Assembly: GCA_030674455.1 (NCBI GenBank)
Contig: JAUSGQ010000006.1
Coordinates: 15,654-79,653 of the forward strand
Origin: a bacterium
Lineage (GTDB): Bacteria; Patescibacteriota; Minisyncoccia; Phycocordibacterales; UBA2100
Reading direction: 5' to 3'
Length of the DNA: 64,000 nt
Position numbers and translations under genes: made by a program. The notes beneath the pieces are model-generated. The model was not told the DNA's origin. It saw only the letters and a list, made by a program, of their open reading frames with translations, and made no database searches. Position 1 is the first letter of the stretch. Every line of letters begins with the position of its first letter. Positions 39,421 to 48,655 of the stretch are shown piece after piece.

Positions 39421-40338
39421 ATGGCTAACAGACATCTCGCCCGTTCGGTAGTTCTGCAAGTTCTCTTCGAGAGGGATTCTTCCGGCGGAAAAATGACTCA
39501 GCAGGATGGAATGGATCGGCTGGCCAACTACGCAAAAGAATTTGGCGCGCGAGAATCGGATATGCCGTTCATGACCGACCTTCTAAAGACCGCCATTTCA
39601 AAACAAAAAGAAATCGACGAGGTAATACGGGGCGCTGCCCCGGAATGGCCGATAGAAAAAATCGCAGCCGTAGACCGCAACATCCTGCGACTCGGACTTA
39701 CGGAATTGCTGTATGCGGATAAGGCGCAGGTACCTGAAAAAGTCGCGATTAACGAGGCGATAGAATTGGCGAAGACATTCGGAGGCGCCTCCTCAAGCCG
39801 TTTCGTGAACGGCGTCTTGGGCGCCGTATATGTGGAACTCGGGGAACCCGGGAAATCGGAAGGTAACGCCAGAAAAAAAGACGGGACGCGTTCCGGCGGA
39901 ATGTCGGTGGAAGAATTAATAGGCGCAGTCGTGTATGCGCGCGATGGCGGCGAGGTATACCTCGCGCTCGTTCACGATATTTTCGGACATTGGACTCTTT
40001 CGAAGGGCAAGTTACTGCCGGAGGAGACGCACGAGGCGGGCGTTAAGAGAAAGGTCAAAGACGAAGTCGGGCTTGACGTCGATGTGGAAGACCAGCTCGG
40101 AGAAAATGAATACATCGCGAACGATTCCACAGGCGGCGGAAAAGGGAAGAAGCGCCGTCACGCGACGTATTTTCTTGCGAGAGGAAAATTCCAAGATTTG
40201 CAAACAAGAAAAGAGGGAGGACTTGACGATGCACAATGGTTCCCGCTCGCTTCGGTGGGAGACCTCAACTTCTACGACGACATTCTTCCAGTAGTCACGC
40301 GCGCAATTAATTTGCTCGCGCAGAAAGACAGGAAATAG
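39421..40338 (+). CDS. nusB: NusB fused to a C-terminal NUDIX-like domain
   Basis: RHLAR, VDRNILRLG, VAINEAIELAK.FG..FVNGVLG; then WTLSKGK..EAGVKRKVKDEVGL. Confidence 0.93.
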   Translation: MANRHLARSVVLQVLFERDSSGGKMTQQDGMDRLANYAKEFGARESDMPFMTDLLKTAISKQKEIDEVIRGAAPEWPIEKIAAVDRNILRLGLTELLYADKAQVPEKVAINEAIELAKTFGGASSSRFVNGVLGAVYVELGEPGKSEGNARKKDGTRSGGMSVEELIGAVVYARDGGEVYLALVHDIFGHWTLSKGKLLPEETHEAGVKRKVKDEVGLDVDVEDQLGENEYIANDSTGGGKGKKRRHATYFLARGKFQDLQTRKEGGLDDAQWFPLASVGDLNFYDDILPVVTRAINLLAQKDRK

Positions 40339-40416
40339 GTTTTAGGTTGCAGGTCACAGGTTCTAGGAATACTCTACACAGACCTGAAACCTATAACCTG
40401 ATACCTTTATAAAAAT

Positions 40417-41103
40417 ATGAACTTTAGCGAATTTGAAGATAAAATCGGATATCATTTTGAAAACCAGAGCTTGCTCCAGCAGGCGTTCACGCACCGTTCG
40501 TATTTGAATGAGAATCGGGCATCCGGCCGTCAACATAATGAACGGCTAGAATTTCTGGGCGATGCGGTACTTGAACTTGTCGTGACCGAATTTCTTTATG
40601 CAAAATATCCCGATAAGGCAGAGGGAGATCTGACCTCGTATCGCGCTGCGCTCGTGAACACCGTGAGTATTTCTGATGCGGCCACGAAGCTTGGAATGAA
40701 TGAATTTTTATTGCTATCACGCGGGGAAGCAAAAGATACCGGCCGCGCGCGCGCGATAATACTTGCCAACGCGTTTGAGGCGTTGATAGGCGCAATATAC
40801 CTCGACCAAGGGTATGAGCCGGCGAAGAAATTTATTTCAGAACAGCTTTTTTATAAAACGGATGAGGTGGTGTCCAAAGGATTATGGCAGGATGCGAAAA
40901 GCCGATTCCAGGAAATTGCGCAAGATAAGGAGACGGTGACCCCTTCTTACGATGTCTTGAGCCAGACAGGTCCGGACCATGACAAGAATTTCGTCGTCGG
41001 CGTGTACTTAGGAGAAAAGCGCATTGCTACAGGAGAAGGAAGGTCAAAACAAGAAGCGGAACAAGACGCCGCCCGCAAAGCTCTCGTAGCCAAGGGTTGG
41101 TAA
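40417..41103 (+). CDS. rnc: Ribonuclease III
   Basis: HNERLEFLGDAVL signature plus dsRBD. Confidence 0.98.
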   Translation: MNFSEFEDKIGYHFENQSLLQQAFTHRSYLNENRASGRQHNERLEFLGDAVLELVVTEFLYAKYPDKAEGDLTSYRAALVNTVSISDAATKLGMNEFLLLSRGEAKDTGRARAIILANAFEALIGAIYLDQGYEPAKKFISEQLFYKTDEVVSKGLWQDAKSRFQEIAQDKETVTPSYDVLSQTGPDHDKNFVVGVYLGEKRIATGEGRSKQEAEQDAARKALVAKGW

Positions 41104-41140
41104 GAGTTCGCGATAAAAAACATGAAAAAAACGAGTCCGA

Positions 41141-41183
41141 ATCATATACCATAGTTGTACATATGTGCAACTATGGTATATGG
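41141..41183. repeat. Palindrome B (TATACCATA.TTGTACA..TGT.CAA.TATGGTATA); second copy 41757-41792
   Basis: Copies flank the PaaX-like gene on both sides. Confidence 0.88.
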
Positions 41184-41186
41184 AAA

Positions 41187-41747
41187 TCAGAGGATTTTAA
41201 ACTTACGTTTGAGGGCGATTGCTCCGCCAATACTTGTTGCAGTGACAAAAGAAATGTATGGGGTAATGCCATAGAAATTTGTTATTTCGCGAACCGCGGC
41301 TTCTACTGGATGAGGATATATCCACACCGATCGCTGATAAAAAACGAGCCCCAAACCTTGGAGATGCCTTATGAATGGGATCCGAAAACGCGACTTCTCA
41401 GCCGGTATATCAAATATGACAAGATGCCACGCTCTAGCCCACCGCCTTGGCGTCGGTATTTTCAAATCCCACAAATCTTCTTCTTCCAAGATGCTTCTTC
41501 CATTATCGGTCACAAGATATCTATCGCCGCTTTCAGTGATATAACCGCGATACTTTAAATCAAGAATCTTGCGTCTCACTCGTTTACGATCTTCAGGCGT
41601 ATCTTTCGAGACAAGTTCGCGGATAATTCGCGGAATCGCCCATGGCGGTGGAACGGCACCGATTCCAACAAGTAAAACACCCAAAGCGACCATCTTCAAA
41701 ATTCGAACAGTTTGCTCTCGACGGCGTTTACCATGTGGAGCCAACAT
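41187..41747 (-). CDS. PaaX-like protein (wHTH plus Cas2-like domain)
   Basis: LKYRGYI..YLVTDNG; WARAWHLVIFDIPAEK..R..LQGLG..YQRSVWIYP. Confidence 0.85.
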   Translation of the reverse strand: MLAPHGKRRREQTVRILKMVALGVLLVGIGAVPPPWAIPRIIRELVSKDTPEDRKRVRRKILDLKYRGYITESGDRYLVTDNGRSILEEEDLWDLKIPTPRRWARAWHLVIFDIPAEKSRFRIPFIRHLQGLGLVFYQRSVWIYPHPVEAAVREITNFYGITPYISFVTATSIGGAIALKRKFKIL

Positions 41748-41855
41748 TACTTCTAATATACCATACTTGTACATTTGTACAAGTATGGTATACACGATAA
41801 ATCATTAAATCATTCCTGCTTGCGATATATATTTGGTACAATGAGATTCAATGTA

Positions 41856-42082
41856 TCCCGTTAGAAGTTACGGAAGGTCTGATAAGCAAATATCCGCGGA
41901 ATGTTTTGCATTGGTCGATTATTTACCAGGAACGAACAACGAGACGGAAGCGCAAGCTTCCTACCTGCCCGCCAAAGCCAGAGCGGGGCAAATGGCATGA
42001 AGACAAACGCAAAGTATTTATTAGTTAATCAAGTTCGCCACGACCGTCGCTTCAGGCGATGGCAGGCGGGCTTCTAACGGGA
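41856..42082 (+). mobile_element. 227-bp TIR element (MITE-like) inserted at the smc start codon
   Basis: TIR TCCCGTTAGAAG/CTTCTAACGGGA, flanked by TGTA on both sides. Confidence 0.85.
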
Positions 42083-44358
42083 TGTACCTAAAGTCCATTG
42101 AGCTTACGGGGTTCAAATCGTTCGGCAAAAAGACCGACATAGTTTTTGCTTCCCGCATTTCTTCTATCGTGGGTCCGAATGGTTCCGGAAAATCAAATGT
42201 CGCGGAAGCATTCAGATTCGTGCTCGGAGAACAATCAATGAAATCACTGCGCTCCAAGCGCGGGGAGGATTTGATATGGGGAGGGTCGCCGACACTGCCG
42301 AGGAGCAATAGAGCCGGCGTGAAAGTCGTTTTTGATAATTCCCTGCCTGCCGCGCAGGGCACGGCGCAGGCAGGCACGCGGCTTTTGGATTTGGATTTTA
42401 ACGAGGTCGCCGTTGAACGAATCGTGTATCGCGACGGCGAGAACGAGTATCTATTGAATGGAACCAAGGTGCGCCTCAAGGACGTCATCCGTTTGCTCGC
42501 GGGCGCCAACATCGGCGGCTCCGGATACCAGATAATTTCACAGGGAGAAGCCGACAGGATCCTGAATGCGAGTCCTCGCGAGCGCAGAGAGATGGTGGAA
42601 GATGCTCTCGGTCTCAAGCTCTACCAGCACAAAAAAGCCGAGAGCGAGCGAAAGCTCGAGGAGACGGCATCAAATATTGATAAAACAAAATCGCTCCGGC
42701 GCGAGATAACCCCGCATCTGAATTTCTTGCGCTCTCAAGTCCAGAAAATCGAGAAAGCGCGGGAGATGAAGGAGATGCTCGCGGCAAAACTTTCCGAATA
42801 TCTTGCGCGTGAACACGCGTGGATAACTTCGGAAGACAAGCGGCTTAGTGCGGAAGAGCGTTCGCAGGAAACAGAATTAAAGACTCTTGGAAATCGAGCC
42901 AATGAGGCGCGGGGAAAGCGCCCGAGCCAAAGCGCCGGCGTTCTGCAGGAACTGAAGGGAAAGATAATTGAGCGCGAGCAAAAACTTAGTGAGGCCCGGC
43001 GCGAGAGCGAGAAACTCACACGCGAACTCGGGCGGGCCGAAGGCGTTGCAGAAGCCAATACGGTGATGGTGGAGCAAATCGTCGCCGTGCCGCATGTGAG
43101 GCAGTTTGCCCGCGAGGTTAGCGAGGCGATTTCGGAAGCTTTGCGCAACGACGACATGCCTTCCGTGCGCGTGCTTCTTTTGCACATTAAGGACCGCATT
43201 CAATCATTCGTCGACGGTCTTTCCGGTTCGGCGCCGGATACGAAAGAAGAATCGCAGCAACAGGTGAAAGCAATCGCGAATTCTTTGGAGCGCGTCCAAA
43301 AAGAGGAAACGGCGCTCGCGCAGGAGCTGGAGGCATTGCGAGCGCAAATTACACAGGTGCGCGATGCCGGTTTTGCGGCGGAGCGCGATTTAATCGAACT
43401 TGAATCTGCTGTGCGCGAAGCGCAGGGAAAGCTCGGTTCTGTGCAAAACGCGCGCATGACCATAGCGACTTTGCGCCAGGCATTTGAGGACGAAGTGCGC
43501 GAAGGCATCGCTCTCGTCGGTGCCGCTATCCATGATTGGGAAAAGCCCCTCCGCCAGCCGGCGGATGGCGGAGCGGGGGATGAGGTGCTTACTGGCGACG
43601 ACCGCCCCGCGCAGGAAAAAAGGCGGCGGGAGATCGAGCGGTTGAAAATAAAGATAGAGGAATCTGGAATTGGAAACGGCGATGCGGTCGTGCGCGAGTT
43701 CAATCAGACCAGAGAACGCGACGAATTTCTCGGACGCGAGCTTGTAGACCTTGAGCGCTCCGCGGCGTCGCTCAAAGATATTATTGTGGAACTGGAGAAG
43801 ACTATTGATGCCAAATTTACGGAAGGCCTCAAATTGATAAACGCCACGCTCGGCGATTTCTTTATGAAATTGTTCGGCGGAGGCGCAGCCAAGCTGGAAG
43901 TGGAGGAACCCCGCCTTCGCCGAGGCTCCGGCGGGCAAAGCCCGAAAAGCGATGAGGACTTAATGGATGAGGAGGAAGAAATGACCGAGGAAGAGGAATT
44001 GTACGCGGGACTTTCTATCTCGGTCCATCTTCCGCGCAAAAAAGTTCACGGGCTTGAAGTACTTTCCGGAGGCGAGCGCGCGCTCACTTCTATCGCGCTT
44101 ATATTCTCGATGTCGCAGGTTAATCCTCCGCCGTTCTTGGTTTTGGACGAAACAGATGCCGCTCTTGATGAGGCCAACAGCAAGCGATACGCAGATATGA
44201 TTCGCGAGCTTGGCTCCAAAAGCCAGCTTATCGTTATCACGCACAACCGCTCGACAATGGCCGCGGCAGGAGAACTTTATGGAGTTACGATGGGGAACGA
44301 CGGGGTCTCGAAAATGTTGTCCGTTAAATTGGAAGAGGCCGAAAAGGTTGCAAAATAA
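42082..44358 (+). CDS. smc: SMC-family ATPase, short form
   Basis: GFKSF, GPNGSGKSN, IISQGE, LSGGE, LDETDAALD, ITH. Confidence 0.93.
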   Translation: MYLKSIELTGFKSFGKKTDIVFASRISSIVGPNGSGKSNVAEAFRFVLGEQSMKSLRSKRGEDLIWGGSPTLPRSNRAGVKVVFDNSLPAAQGTAQAGTRLLDLDFNEVAVERIVYRDGENEYLLNGTKVRLKDVIRLLAGANIGGSGYQIISQGEADRILNASPRERREMVEDALGLKLYQHKKAESERKLEETASNIDKTKSLRREITPHLNFLRSQVQKIEKAREMKEMLAAKLSEYLAREHAWITSEDKRLSAEERSQETELKTLGNRANEARGKRPSQSAGVLQELKGKIIEREQKLSEARRESEKLTRELGRAEGVAEANTVMVEQIVAVPHVRQFAREVSEAISEALRNDDMPSVRVLLLHIKDRIQSFVDGLSGSAPDTKEESQQQVKAIANSLERVQKEETALAQELEALRAQITQVRDAGFAAERDLIELESAVREAQGKLGSVQNARMTIATLRQAFEDEVREGIALVGAAIHDWEKPLRQPADGGAGDEVLTGDDRPAQEKRRREIERLKIKIEESGIGNGDAVVREFNQTRERDEFLGRELVDLERSAASLKDIIVELEKTIDAKFTEGLKLINATLGDFFMKLFGGGAAKLEVEEPRLRRGSGGQSPKSDEDLMDEEEEMTEEEELYAGLSISVHLPRKKVHGLEVLSGGERALTSIALIFSMSQVNPPPFLVLDETDAALDEANSKRYADMIRELGSKSQLIVITHNRSTMAAAGELYGVTMGNDGVSKMLSVKLEEAEKVAK

Positions 44359-44470
44359 TTTTCAATTTCCAATTTTGCAATTTCCAATCAATTCACAATA
44401 TCTAATGTTTTGATTTTGGAAATTAAGGTTTGAAAATTCATTGAAAAGTGAGAATTGCAAATTGGAAATT
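44357..44470. repeat. Heptamer-periodic inverted arrays (CAATTT(T/C)..GAAATT); similar arrays at 28270-28300, 37480-37510/37706-37735, 38899-38980, 40337-40405, 56043-56190 and 59325-59476
   Basis: Roughly 7-nt periodic units, usually with a complementary array downstream. Confidence 0.75.
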
Positions 44471-44520
44471 CGGGGTCAAAAAATGTTGACCCGAAGCTTG
44501 ATACCTGTTAGAGTGTCGCG

Positions 44521-44619
44521 ACCCCATTAGAAATGTTCATTTTATGGGGTGTCCAAGTACACAGATTCATTCTGCCATTCAATAATTTAGCCAGAGCAAT
44601 TTTTAATTTCTAACGGGGT
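44521..44619 (+). mobile_element. 99-bp TIR element ACCCCATTAGAAAT..ATTTCTAACGGGGT upstream of rpsP
   Basis: 14-bp imperfect TIR between the -10 (TAGAGT) and the ATG. Confidence 0.65.
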
Positions 44620-44621
44620 AT

Positions 44622-45080
44622 ATGTTAATGATACGAATGCAGAGAATAGGCCGCAAAAACATGCCGGCTTTTCGTATTATTGTCGCCGAACACACCCGTG
44701 GCCCGAAGACCGGCAACATCGTTGAAAAGGTGGGCACCTACAATCCGAAGACGAAAGAGAAGCAGTTCAACGCGGACAGGATTAAATACTGGCTTTCTGT
44801 CGGAGCAAAGGCCAGTGCCACAGTTCACAACATGCTCGTTTCCGAGAAAATCATCACTGGAGCAAAAATTGCAAAACACCAAGAGAAACCGGCAGAACCG
44901 GTGGCGGCTAAAACCGCCGACCTGCCCGCCGAAGCCTCGGCGCAGGCGGGAGGCGGTTCGCCCGACTCTTCGCAAAGCGAAGAGGTTAGGGAAGTAAAGG
45001 CCGAGGCAAAGGCACCAGAGGCAGAAACCGCTCCAGCAGCTGAAGAAAAAGTTGAGGCAAAAGAAGAAAAGGTTGCCTAA
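44622..45080 (+). CDS. rpsP: 30S ribosomal protein S16 with extended C-terminal tail
   Basis: MIRMQRIGRKN..FRIIV..VGTYNP..RIKYWLSVGAKASATV. Confidence 0.95.
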   Translation: MLMIRMQRIGRKNMPAFRIIVAEHTRGPKTGNIVEKVGTYNPKTKEKQFNADRIKYWLSVGAKASATVHNMLVSEKIITGAKIAKHQEKPAEPVAAKTADLPAEASAQAGGGSPDSSQSEEVREVKAEAKAPEAETAPAAEEKVEAKEEKVA

Positions 45081-45114
45081 ATGCCAAGGGCGCCCCTTGG
45101 CATTGGCATTTTCC

Positions 45115-45143
45115 TTGACACATTGGTGAATCCCTGCTACACT
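45115..45143 (+). promoter_or_regulatory. Sigma70 promoter of the DEAD-box helicase with a leader of about 170 nt
   Basis: TTGACA-17-TACACT with extended TG. Confidence 0.7.
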
Positions 45144-45317
45144 TCAACTATCAACTCTTCTCGTTGGTTTTTGTCTTGGGAGATACCAAGGCCATCCCAC
45201 ACAGTCGGGGTGAAACTCTCCTGAGACGCGTTGTAGCAAAGATGCGGGATTACCCTATCTTTCCGGCGTTCATATTTGCTAGAACCTAAAACCTAGTCCC
45301 TATAACCTAATTAATAC

Positions 45318-46703
45318 ATGTTTAGTCATAGCCCAAGCGGCAAATCTGGAGTTCATCATGGCAGACCGTCTACAGGTGCCGGCGCCCGCCATGCCGGCCC
45401 CTCATCGAGAGGGGCTTATTCCCCGCGCCGTTCGTTTGGGCATTCCTCGCATCGCGCTCCGGCGAGCCGTCGACAGGTCTCGCCATACCCGGCGAGCAGA
45501 GGTTTTCACAAAAGTTACGCACCGACCCGCCTTCGCCGAGGCTTCGGCGGGCAAGGGCGGGGGTTCGGTAGTCGCGGAGGTGCCCGTGGAGGTGAACGCA
45601 TCGACATCTCGCGATTCATCAACAAGGCCGTCATCACGGAAACTACCGAGCATTTCAAGCCCGAGCATCATTTCATGGATTTTGCCATCGACGAGCATTT
45701 GAAGAAAAATATTTTGGCAAAGGGGTATTTCGAGCCGACGCCAATCCAAGACAGAGCCATCCCGCATGTGCTAAACGGCGAAGATGTTTTCGGAGTCGCC
45801 AACACGGGGACAGGAAAAACGGGCGCATTTCTCATTCCGCTTATTGATAAAGTAATTCGAGACAGAAAGAATCGCGTACTCATAATGGTGCCGACGCGCG
45901 AACTTGCACGGCAGATAGAGGACGAGTTCTGGAGCTTTGCGAATCATATGCGAATCGGCGCCGTCTCATGCGTCGGAGGAGCAAATATCGGTCCGCAAAT
46001 CGCGACTCTGCGCAGACACCCGAACTTCGTTATCGGAACTCCCGGCCGCTTGAAAGACATAATGGAGCGCCGCGCGATTAATCTTTCCGAGTTCAGCACG
46101 GTTGTTTTGGACGAAGCCGACAGAATGTTGGACATGGGCTTCATCGCCGACATGCGGTTCATTCTTTCTCTGGTTCCGAAAGAGCGGCACACTCTTTTCT
46201 TCTCGGCGACTCTTTCGCGCGACATAGAAAAACTCATCGGAGAATTCTTGAAAGACCCCGTGCGCATTTCGGTCAAAACGCGCGACACCGCTTCAAGCGT
46301 TGACCAGGATATTGTGCGCGTACCGGTGGGTAAGACAAAAATTGAAGTATTGCGGGACATGTTGATAAAGCCTGATTTCGGCAAAGTGCTTATTTTCGGA
46401 CGCACGAAGCACGGAGTGGAGAAACTCGCGAAAGAATTGGTGCATCTTGGATTCAAGGCGGCATCTATTCACGGCAACAAAACGCAAAGCAATCGCCAGA
46501 GAGCATTGGACGCATTCAAGCACGACAGGACGCAAATTCTTGTGGCGACAGACGTTGCGGCGCGCGGATTGGACATTCCAAAAGTCTCTCACGTCATCAA
46601 CTTTGACGTCCCCAATACATACGACGACTACGTGCACCGCATCGGCCGTACCGGCCGCGCTGGGGAAAAAGGCCAGGCGCTTACGTTTGTGGAGGGGAGA
46701 TAG
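45318..46703 (+). CDS. DEAD-box RNA helicase (RhlE-like)
   Basis: PTPIQ, TGTGKT, PTRELA, TPGR, DEAD, SAT, ARGLD, HRIGRTGR. Confidence 0.96.
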   Translation: MFSHSPSGKSGVHHGRPSTGAGARHAGPSSRGAYSPRRSFGHSSHRAPASRRQVSPYPASRGFHKSYAPTRLRRGFGGQGRGFGSRGGARGGERIDISRFINKAVITETTEHFKPEHHFMDFAIDEHLKKNILAKGYFEPTPIQDRAIPHVLNGEDVFGVANTGTGKTGAFLIPLIDKVIRDRKNRVLIMVPTRELARQIEDEFWSFANHMRIGAVSCVGGANIGPQIATLRRHPNFVIGTPGRLKDIMERRAINLSEFSTVVLDEADRMLDMGFIADMRFILSLVPKERHTLFFSATLSRDIEKLIGEFLKDPVRISVKTRDTASSVDQDIVRVPVGKTKIEVLRDMLIKPDFGKVLIFGRTKHGVEKLAKELVHLGFKAASIHGNKTQSNRQRALDAFKHDRTQILVATDVAARGLDIPKVSHVINFDVPNTYDDYVHRIGRTGRAGEKGQALTFVEGR

Positions 46704-46854
46704 AAGTTTGTTGAGCATGGATTTACCATGAAAGGGTTTATGGCTAAATTAAATCGAGCTCGCAAGCCCTTTATTAAGTGTGGATAACTTGATTCGACTA
46801 TATACATTTGGTATACTTTTTGCATGTGGATGCCTACCCCGCAAGGGGTAGCGT

Positions 46855-47749
46855 TCACAAAGTACCCAATGTTTTGTGGAAATTGGTTATTTTGTGAACT
46901 TTACCCGGAGGCAAATATTTAAAGAATCCCGTTTCATTTAAGAGGGCTGGTTGGCTGTCCTCCATATTTCGTGCCGCTATTTTATACAGAGGTGGCATTC
47001 CTCGTTTAGTAAATTGTCTAAGAAGAGACCTCAGTTTCAGGTTTGAAATGTAAGAAAATAAGTCTGCTAATTCCAAACCAGGGCATTCACCGAGTTTAGT
47101 CTCAAATTTGATGCTCGCTACTCGATTACGCATTGCATCAGATTGACGCGACAGTACGGATTCGCTTCCCTGCAAATCATAGAAATTTCGTGGATTCTTA
47201 GATTCAAGAAAGGATGTCAACAATGAGTGATCGGCTTCTAGTCGTGATTCAGCAACTTATTGAGCCACGATACGAATCGTTCTTCAAAACTTTGTTTGAA
47301 AACCAGAAAAACAAATGACCGGACAAAATGTCATATCCAATATCTCGCACCTGAACACCAACAGCTGTGCGTCTAAATTGATTAGGTATTAAATTCCTAG
47401 GAAGGCGCAAAGCTTTGCGAAGCACCGATTTCTTGAGTGCTACGACTTTGTATTTAATTGGTGCTAACGCTATAAATTCCCCTAAAGAGTCCGCCAAGGC
47501 TCGATCATTTTTATTTGTAAGATAGTTTAAAGAATCTTTTAGTTCAAAAATATCTACAGAATGAAATGTATGGCCTTTGTTAATTCCGTACTTTCTTTTT
47601 AATACATCAAACCAACCAGACAATTCGTTGTCCCGCGGATGTTCAATGGCTAAACCTGTTAGAATAAAATATTCGGACCTCTTATCGCTTAGCCCCGCTG
47701 TTCCAGATTCATCGACATATAATGTAAATTTCTTACTATTGGGTGACAT
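46855..47749 (-). pseudogene. DUF3800-family protein split by a +1 frameshift
   Basis: N-terminal LYVDESG..FHSVDI and C-terminal GLELADLFSY; an extra A at about 47258 (ATA A GTT GCT GAA). Confidence 0.75.
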
Positions 47750-47840
47750 GTAAAAATGATACAACTTCTTGCGCGGAAGTCCAAAACTCAAATTCTTGTA
47801 TTCTCTTGAAATCGAGTATTGTGGTACAATCTTTTTTTCC

Positions 47841-48371
47841 ATGAATATTCATCCGCTCTTCGTGCATTTTCCTATCGCGCTTCTTGTCGTCTACGCGATT
47901 ATGGAGCTCATACATACGAACAGATTTACTCACAGCAACACCTATGCAAAAGTAAAAGGCTTTCTCGTTATTCTCGGAACATTTTCGGCATATTTGACGC
48001 TGGCGACCGGCGAGCTTGCGAGCGAATTGTTAGTCCAAAGCAGACCGGAACTCGAAAGACTTATTGAAACTCATGCGACGCTGGCGGGCGCATCGACGGC
48101 GATATTCTCCATACTCGCATTGTCATATTTGATTAAATTTCTTCTTGATTCCAAGCACGCAGCGGCCCCTGTCCTTGCGGCAAAGCTATTTTCGAACATC
48201 GTGGCGGCATTAAAGTGGTATTCAGAGGCGATTCGGGAGCATGTACTCGGCCAGATGCTCGCGCTTGCCGGAATTATTTGTATAACCATCGCCAGCGCCC
48301 TCGGCGCGGCAATCGTTTACGGGCCCGACGTAGACCCACTCGTTAATTTCATTTACCGGATGTTCTTTTAG
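47841..48371 (+). CDS. DUF2231-like membrane protein
   Basis: MNIHPLFVHFPIALL..TGELA..H..GAAIVYG. Confidence 0.8.
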   Translation: MNIHPLFVHFPIALLVVYAIMELIHTNRFTHSNTYAKVKGFLVILGTFSAYLTLATGELASELLVQSRPELERLIETHATLAGASTAIFSILALSYLIKFLLDSKHAAAPVLAAKLFSNIVAALKWYSEAIREHVLGQMLALAGIICITIASALGAAIVYGPDVDPLVNFIYRMFF

Positions 48372-48380
48372 TTTTAGGAA

Positions 48381-48431
48381 TTTCCGAGGAGACACCTCCC
48401 CACACATGGGTGAGGAGTCACCTCGGAAATG
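48381..48431. repeat. Palindromic element CCGAGGAGACACCTCC..GGAGTCACCTCGG; relatives at 6-55, 24621-24686, 24968-25050, 25138-25217, 31291-31337, 31375-31452 and 34772-34827
   Basis: Shared GGAGACACC/GGAGTCACC arms; copies at 31291 and 48381 are nearly identical. Confidence 0.85.
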
Positions 48432-48515
48432 CCCAAGGTTGGACATTGGGTCAAATACATTGAGATGACATCTCAATGTATTTGACAGAAATACGAAGTC
48501 TGTTAACATTATTAT

Positions 48516-48636
48516 ATGAATCGGAAATTCACATCTTCGGTCGTCGTCCTCGTCGTTGCGCCGCTAGAGCGGGGACTGTAATACTGGAATAATAAACAAA
48601 GTATAACAGAAAACCCGCCAAACAGCGGGTTTTCTG
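48516..48636 (+). promoter_or_regulatory. Branched-chain amino acid attenuator: leader peptide MNRKFTSSVVVLVVAPLERGL (48516-48581) and terminator (48607-48636)
   Basis: Run of Val/Leu codons; GCGGG in the leader can pair with CCCGC of the terminator CAGAAAACCCGC-CAAACA-GCGGGTTTTCTG. Confidence 0.85.
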
Positions 48637-48655
48637 CTAAACTACCAACAATATT

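Noticed and set aside
41187-41747. Cas2 of a CRISPR system
   Set aside because: The Cas2-like fold is fused to a wHTH (PaaX-like); no cas1 or array nearby
47240-47265. Programmed frameshift or TGA recoding in the DUF3800 gene
   Set aside because: No slippery heptamer; a frame change rather than readthrough is needed; TGA is a normal stop in secA, dnaE and others
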